Assembly: GCA_964013425.1 (NCBI GenBank)
Contig: CAXGWC010000002.1
Span: forward strand, 22,818 to 86,817
DNA length: 64,000 nt
Source of the DNA: an uncultured Candidatus Poseidoniales archaeon
Lineage (GTDB): Archaea > Thermoplasmatota > Poseidoniia > Poseidoniales > Thalassarchaeaceae
Direction: 5' to 3'
Shown: piece after piece, positions 58,728 to 64,000 of the stretch
Numbering within the stretch: position 1 is the stretch's first letter
Layout: each line of letters begins with the position of its first letter
Made by a program: the position numbers and the translations under genes
Notes under the pieces: model-generated
The model's database searches: none
The model's input: the letters and a program-made list of their open reading frames with translations, nothing else
Told to the model about the DNA's origin: nothing

Positions 58728-60053
58728 CTAGGCCAAAGAGCCCATTGGGTCCCAAGCTTCTAGGACGATAGGTACTGTTTCCAGTCCCTTGACCATCTTC
58801 TCTGTGAGGTACTTCTTAGGAGATGCAATCTCAAACATATGTTCGTCATACCAATTATCGTTCATTGTGTAGAACCCCTTCTGTCCAGAGTCATCTCCCC
58901 ATGAGTTCTCCACTCTCCATCTCCTGGGCTTGCCTTCGTAGACGTCTACTCCAGTGAAGAGCATGGCATGGGTCATCATGGTTTGACCATATCTAAGCCT
59001 GTCAGCCTTACTCATACCATAATCCACACCATAAAGCTCGTTAGTTTCGAAAAGATTAGCATCCCAGAGCCCCCTCTTTCTGTCCATCTGCTTACCCACG
59101 TCGCAGCCCATCCAGACTGGCATACCATCTTCCAGGATTTCCTGGGTTATCGATTTCATTTCATCGCTCGGCACATTAAGATAGACAACAGGAGGACCTC
59201 CAGCAACATTCTGCAGGTAGTCAACAGTGTATGTCTGATAGTACTCATTTCTGGGATCGTTTACAATACATACGTATTCTTCCCAGTCCACGTCAACAAA
59301 CTCTTCCGCAAACTGCTGGGGAGTCATCTTTCCCCTTCTGTGAAACTCCTTGTCCTTGTCTCTCCACTGCCAGTCGAAACTCTCAGGGGGCGTTCCCAAG
59401 TGGATGCAAAGAACTCTCCAAATGTCCTCCATCCTACTATCCTTGTGTGATCTTGCTTCTTTCTCGCTACCACCGGAATCAAGGATTTCCCTAATCTCGC
59501 TAGCACTACTCCTGAGTATGTCCTTCAGAATCGAGTTCATCCATCTGGTGGAGCTACTACTGTTGGACTCTGGATATGCCGACTTTGGAACTAGTCCATG
59601 CTTCCTGATCAGGTTCATGGCCATGTTCCACTGGCCCCCGTCTCCAATCGGATCTGATAGTAGGAAGTGGATTGTCCTGTCATCAACAGGTCTTCCAGAG
59701 GTCTCAATTATGGCCTCCAAGAAGTGATTAGAACGCTCGAACTTATCCCAGAAATGAATGTGAGCCTGACTAAACTCGAACTCCTTCACATTCATCTTCT
59801 TCATAGTCCCCGGTCTGAAGAGATTCAAGGTTGCAAACAACCAGCAACGTCCGCTACTCTTCTGATTCGTGGCCTTCCACTCATCCAGTTTCGTACTGAA
59901 CGTGAAGTCTATTTCCTGAACCAAATCCCTCCTGAGAGTTACTGAGGACAGATTATTGCTGGTAACCGCGTTCTGCGCAACTCTGGCTGAAGAGTCACTT
60001 TCGAATTCCTTCCTCATCTTGTCAATTTGTTTTTTCGTAATCTCTCCTGGCAT
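58728..60053 (-). CDS. pepC: aminopeptidase C / bleomycin hydrolase-type cysteine peptidase (C1B)
   Basis: QKSSGRCWLFA catalytic Cys region; His/Asn region near the C-terminus; 441 aa. Confidence 0.85.
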   Translation of the reverse strand: MPGEITKKQIDKMRKEFESDSSARVAQNAVTSNNLSSVTLRRDLVQEIDFTFSTKLDEWKATNQKSSGRCWLFATLNLFRPGTMKKMNVKEFEFSQAHIHFWDKFERSNHFLEAIIETSGRPVDDRTIHFLLSDPIGDGGQWNMAMNLIRKHGLVPKSAYPESNSSSSTRWMNSILKDILRSSASEIREILDSGGSEKEARSHKDSRMEDIWRVLCIHLGTPPESFDWQWRDKDKEFHRRGKMTPQQFAEEFVDVDWEEYVCIVNDPRNEYYQTYTVDYLQNVAGGPPVVYLNVPSDEMKSITQEILEDGMPVWMGCDVGKQMDRKRGLWDANLFETNELYGVDYGMSKADRLRYGQTMMTHAMLFTGVDVYEGKPRRWRVENSWGDDSGQKGFYTMNDNWYDEHMFEIASPKKYLTEKMVKGLETVPIVLEAWDPMGSLA

Positions 60054-60109
60054 AGCTGCACCTCTGACGAATACTCATCGATGATGACGAACCTAAGTTA
60101 TTGCCTCTC

Positions 60110-61048
60110 TCAGAGGTCTGCGGCTTCAGCTATTCCGGCCGCTATCAGGGTATCAGCAATTATCGAAGGACAGAACTCTATGTCTCCGGCCGTCAGAGTA
60201 ATCTCCTCTCCTTCCTCTGTGATTATGGGATCATCAAGGTCTTGGAGAATCATAATCCTCCTCATATCAGGATCCTTTTGCTGTTGGGATAAGGACTCAT
60301 CCACAGATCCGCGACCCAAAGGAGATATCTCGGGAAATTCATCAATCTCCCTTATCCTATCTTCTTCGTCGTATTCCGGGTCCTCCCAGTGAGGCACAGA
60401 GTCTATGACCACAGGCGCGTCACTCTCCTCTGCTACCTCTCCACCGTTGGAATCTGGTACGAACTCAGTAAGAGGGGTATGCACAGAACTCATTGGTGGC
60501 GGAGCAGGAGAGTCCCAGTTGTTGCTTAAGAGAGCTTTCCAAGAAACCTCATGCCTGTACTTGTCAACAAGATGTCCAATTCCTGTGTAGAATACTCTCT
60601 CGGATGGGTCGTGCTTGTCCCATTCAATCGTATCCGGCATAATTCCCGCAGAAGCCCTAACATCCTCTGGCGATTGAATCAAATTTGTCAGAACTGCGTG
60701 TTGTGTGAACGCATTCAGCCTATTCCTTGTGAGATCCTTAACCGCCGTTCTAACCACTCCCAGTTTCCTCGACTGCAGTTGTGCCTTGGCAGTCATGCCC
60801 TCTGACCTAATGGTCTCAGCAAGTTCCGCCTCAAGATGCTGAACTAACTGGCCTACTGCGTCCCAGAAGTTAGGCATCGGCAACTCAACAGGAATGGATG
60901 ATCTTCTTTGCGTTCTTGCTAGCTCATCTAGTGCTCTATCAACAGCCATTAGACGATTGGCACTGAGCCTAGGCAAGCTTCCGTCGTCCATCATACTCGG
61001 TACCCGGACACGGTGCACGCAAGGAGCCTCTTGAACAATTCCTTGCAT
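60110..61048 (-). CDS. hypothetical protein, possibly GINS (Gins51-type) replication factor with a long acidic insertion
   Basis: Alpha-helical N-region (ANRLMAVDRALDELARTQRR...). C-terminal RIMILQDLDDPIITEEGEEITLTAGDIEFCPSIIADTLIAAGIAE resembles the GINS B-domain consensus. Assignment tentative. Confidence 0.35.
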   Translation of the reverse strand: MQGIVQEAPCVHRVRVPSMMDDGSLPRLSANRLMAVDRALDELARTQRRSSIPVELPMPNFWDAVGQLVQHLEAELAETIRSEGMTAKAQLQSRKLGVVRTAVKDLTRNRLNAFTQHAVLTNLIQSPEDVRASAGIMPDTIEWDKHDPSERVFYTGIGHLVDKYRHEVSWKALLSNNWDSPAPPPMSSVHTPLTEFVPDSNGGEVAEESDAPVVIDSVPHWEDPEYDEEDRIREIDEFPEISPLGRGSVDESLSQQQKDPDMRRIMILQDLDDPIITEEGEEITLTAGDIEFCPSIIADTLIAAGIAEAADL

Positions 61049-61106
61049 AACCCGACTTCATCGCTCGAGCGCGAGTATCAAGAGTGTGGATATGTTCGCA
61101 TCCCTC

Positions 61107-61191
61107 GCAGGTGTACCCGAGTGGTCAAAGGGGGAGGGCTCAAGATCCTCTGCGTAGTGCTTCGCAGGTTCGAATCCTGCCGCCTGCACCA
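61107..61191 (+). tRNA. tRNA-Leu (anticodon CAA), long variable arm, genomically encoded CCA
   Basis: Manual fold: acceptor GCAGGTG/CGCCTGC, D-arm CCC-GAGTGGTCAAA-GGG, anticodon stem GAGGG/TCCTC with loop CTCAAGA, long variable arm, T-arm GCAGG-TTCGAAT-CCTGC, discriminator A, CCA. Confidence 0.85.
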
Positions 61192-61194
61192 CTA

Positions 61195-61938
61195 CTAACC
61201 CCTGACTCTTTCCAGCAGAGCCTCTAACAGCTCTAGGGAGCCTTCCTTACCATGTGCGTCAGTCACGACGTCAGCCGCCCTAACCACATTTTCATAATGA
61301 TTGCTAACACTCACCGCAAAACCCACCAGGTCGAACATAGGGATATCGTTAGGCGCGTCCCCGCAAGCTATCACTCTCTTGGGGTCGATCCCTCTCTGCT
61401 CAAAAGCTACACGAAGTCCGGATGCTTTGTCATGCCCCGGTATAGTTAGGTGAACAGCGAACCCAGTTGGAATTACTGAGATATCGGACCACTCAGAAGA
61501 CTCGATCGCATCTCTTACTGCTTCCCAATCCTCAATCTCAGTAAGACACCATTCGGTCTCTCTCCACCTGTTAGACTCTATTCCCTCGGGATTGAGCCCC
61601 TCTATCTGGGTCCCAAGCCACTTTGCGGCCTCTTTGGGTCTAGATCCATCTGCCAGTGCCCTGATTGGGTGCCCCTCAGCTGAGTCCCAAACCATACCTC
61701 CGTTTTCACCGACTATGAACCCCGATATGCATAGTGATTGATGTATGGGGGTGATATTGGGCAGGGTCCTCCCAGAAGCCAGAGAAACAACCATTCCATT
61801 TCTCTCGAGCTCTCTAACGATGTGTATCATCTCAGGGATTATCCCATCTCTATCGAGTAAAGTACCGTCAATATCAAGCACAATCATGTCCCACTCTAGG
61901 TCGTCGGGTAGCTCCACCATGTTTTCCGAGAGTAGCAC
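61195..61938 (-). CDS. HAD-IIB hydrolase (archaeal phosphoglycolate phosphatase/Cof-like)
   Basis: Motif I LDIDGTL, motif II SLASGRT, motif IV ACGDAPNDIPMF. Confidence 0.8.
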   Translation of the reverse strand: MLLSENMVELPDDLEWDMIVLDIDGTLLDRDGIIPEMIHIVRELERNGMVVSLASGRTLPNITPIHQSLCISGFIVGENGGMVWDSAEGHPIRALADGSRPKEAAKWLGTQIEGLNPEGIESNRWRETEWCLTEIEDWEAVRDAIESSEWSDISVIPTGFAVHLTIPGHDKASGLRVAFEQRGIDPKRVIACGDAPNDIPMFDLVGFAVSVSNHYENVVRAADVVTDAHGKEGSLELLEALLERVRG

Positions 61939-62002
61939 ATGCTGATGATATCATCGTATACACTCTCATCATATTCAAGGTACTACGCCCTCTCGGGCAT
62001 CC

Positions 62003-64000
62003 ATGGAGGAGGAGGGACCAGTCTCCACCATTGTCCCTGATGGAGTTCATGAATTCGATTGGAACATCAGGGGAATGGACTGTGCTGATTGTGCTATGAA
62101 GGCTACAAAGGCAGTTAGCAGACTCCCAGGAATCAAGTCCTGTAAAATATCCGTTACAGAGGGAACTGCAAGGATATCACTAGATATCTCAAGAGGAAGG
62201 ATTTCCAGATCATGCTCCGTCTTGGAGAGTCTCGGGCACAGTCCCAAGATAGACTGGGTCCAGGCAATAGGAGTCACTCCGGGGGAGGCTGCGAAGAACC
62301 TAGGCACAAATCGAAAGGGACTCAGAGATGCGCTTCTTGCAGTGCCAGGAATATTAGCTGTTAGATTCGATGATGGCTTGATTGAATTAAGGAACGTCTG
62401 GATATCTGATCCAGACTTGAGGATGCTCGCTGAGTCGATGATTTCCACAATTCTAGGGGACGATGCTGAGTTCGTAGTATCTTCGAAGATGAGACTGAGG
62501 CCAGATCAAGTAAAGCTAATTGCAGCTGTAATGACGATTCCTGTACTATTCGCGATAATAGCGGTTGAGACAATGTCCCTACCAACCGTCCTCGCTTCAT
62601 TCCTTGGATTCTTTGGAGTTATCTTGGCGGGCTCGAGGATGTTCATGGAGGCCATAGCCAGCATTCAGAATGGTGTCCTTGGTTTTCAGGTACTAACCTC
62701 CCTAGCAGTCATCGGGGCCTCCCTGCTAGGAGAGTGGGTCGAGGCACTCACGGTGGTCGGACTAGTAGCTTTCGCATCTCATCTTGAAGATAGGGCAATA
62801 ACAAGGGCCAGAGAGTCCATGCAAGGTGGGCTAGATAGAATTCCAAGAGGTGCCCGTATAGTAAATCCAATTCAGGGAATATCGCCTAGGAAGCTCAATA
62901 TCGTTCAAATCACCCCTCAAATTCTCCCACACGGAGAGCCTGGCAAGACTCCTGTCGAAGCAGTAGTGGAAGGCGACATGGTAGAGGTACGCTCTGGAGA
63001 GGTCGTCCCGGTTGATGGGATAATCACCAGTGGAGGCGGCTCTATAGACAGAGCCCCACTCACAGGTGAGCCAGTTCCAGTCTTGGTTTCAGAAGGTGAC
63101 TTCGTTGAGGCGGGACTAACTTTGGTCAGGGGCCCTATTGTACTACGATCAGTAGCCACTGGGGAGAATACGAGACTATCCAACCTAGTAGAGCTGGTAA
63201 GGGAGTACCGTGACAAGCCCACTAGGACTCATACCACTATTGAGAACTTCACAAGAATATGGGTACCGATAGTCCTGATCGGGGCCCCGATAATTGGATT
63301 CTTCACCCATGGATGGACGGATCAGGGATTCCTGACTACACTACTGCTCTGGGTTGTTTCATGCCCATGCTCGTTGTTGCTAGCCGCCCCAATACCACAT
63401 GCCGCCGCACTCTCCACTGCCTCTGCCTCTGGGGTGATAGTTCGTGGTGGAGACGTCCTGGAAGCAACTGCAGACGTGAAACTAGCATTACTGGATAAGA
63501 CAGGGACGCTGACTAGCGGACGACCCTCGCTGACAGGCGTTACTGTAACGTCCACCGAGACAGAGGAAAGGGCAATTATGATTGCAGCAGGACTAGAGAG
63601 AATGTCCAACCACCCTTACGCGCGCACAATCATCCATGAAGCCTCAAAGAGAACACTGGAAGCTATCGATATCACCGAAATATCAGATGGACAGGCAGGA
63701 GTCGAAGGTGTCTTGGAAGGTAGTAAAACAATGTTAGGACGATCCGACTGGCTGGTGTCCGAGGGAGTCGAGTTCCCAAAGGATATCGACGACGCCCTGA
63801 CTAGGTCACGCAGGGCTGGTCACGGCTCTAGCATTCTCTCAGTATCGGGCAAGGCAATCGCAGTCTTCGAATTCTACCACGATGACGCCCGAGATGGCGT
63901 CGCCGAGCTACTTCAGTCCCTTTCAGACAGTGGGATCTCCGTAGAGATACTCAGCGGAGACGAGCAGTCAAGCGTCGAGCAGTTTGCGAGGGGTTTCGGT
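62003..64000 (+). CDS. heavy-metal-translocating P1B-type ATPase (CopA/ZntA-like), 3' partial at window edge
   Basis: N-terminal HMA domain GMDCADCAMKA, CPC transmembrane metal site (SCPCSL), phosphorylation site DKTGTLT. Frame open to the window end. Confidence 0.88.
   Translation, partial: MEEEGPVSTIVPDGVHEFDWNIRGMDCADCAMKATKAVSRLPGIKSCKISVTEGTARISLDISRGRISRSCSVLESLGHSPKIDWVQAIGVTPGEAAKNLGTNRKGLRDALLAVPGILAVRFDDGLIELRNVWISDPDLRMLAESMISTILGDDAEFVVSSKMRLRPDQVKLIAAVMTIPVLFAIIAVETMSLPTVLASFLGFFGVILAGSRMFMEAIASIQNGVLGFQVLTSLAVIGASLLGEWVEALTVVGLVAFASHLEDRAITRARESMQGGLDRIPRGARIVNPIQGISPRKLNIVQITPQILPHGEPGKTPVEAVVEGDMVEVRSGEVVPVDGIITSGGGSIDRAPLTGEPVPVLVSEGDFVEAGLTLVRGPIVLRSVATGENTRLSNLVELVREYRDKPTRTHTTIENFTRIWVPIVLIGAPIIGFFTHGWTDQGFLTTLLLWVVSCPCSLLLAAPIPHAAALSTASASGVIVRGGDVLEATADVKLALLDKTGTLTSGRPSLTGVTVTSTETEERAIMIAAGLERMSNHPYARTIIHEASKRTLEAIDITEISDGQAGVEGVLEGSKTMLGRSDWLVSEGVEFPKDIDDALTRSRRAGHGSSILSVSGKAIAVFEFYHDDARDGVAELLQSLSDSGISVEILSGDEQSSVEQFARGFG

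Noticed and set aside
1-64000. Scan for CRISPR arrays, IS elements/transposases, integrases and rRNA genes
   Set aside because: No regularly spaced direct repeats, transposase- or integrase-like ORFs, or rRNA-like sequence were recognised. The only RNA gene found is tRNA-Leu(CAA).

Overview
This is a densely coded (~95%) contig from an archaeon. The diagnostic gene order is ftsZ-secE-spt5-rpl11-rpl1-rplP0-rpl12 with tuf-rps10 nearby, alongside archaeal-type MCM, family-B DNA polymerase, GatE, Pth2, Trm1, a GINS-like protein and a Leu tRNA. The acidic proteome and AGC/GGC lipobox-like signal peptides suggest an uncultured marine euryarchaeote of the Thermoplasmatota/Poseidoniales type; that taxonomic guess is inference only. 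The window is mostly housekeeping, but several items stand out.

1. A two-gene operon (25124-33591) encodes a 1201-aa AddB-like protein and a 1620-aa AddA/RecB-like UvrD-family helicase-nuclease, both with Cys-stapled RecB nuclease domains. This is a bacterial-type double-strand-break resection machine, not expected in archaea.
2. A candidate replication origin lies immediately upstream of mcm: inverted TTCCAGTGGA origin-recognition-box (ORB)-like repeats flank an AT-rich stretch.
3. rpl11 appears to encode only the C-terminal domain.
4. Spt5 carries a ~130-aa N-terminal Nudix-fold extension.
5. A Liv-type ABC importer has a 1043-aa three-domain binding lipoprotein and a 1245-aa fused LivH-LivM permease.

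No CRISPR array, insertion sequence, intein or rRNA gene was seen.
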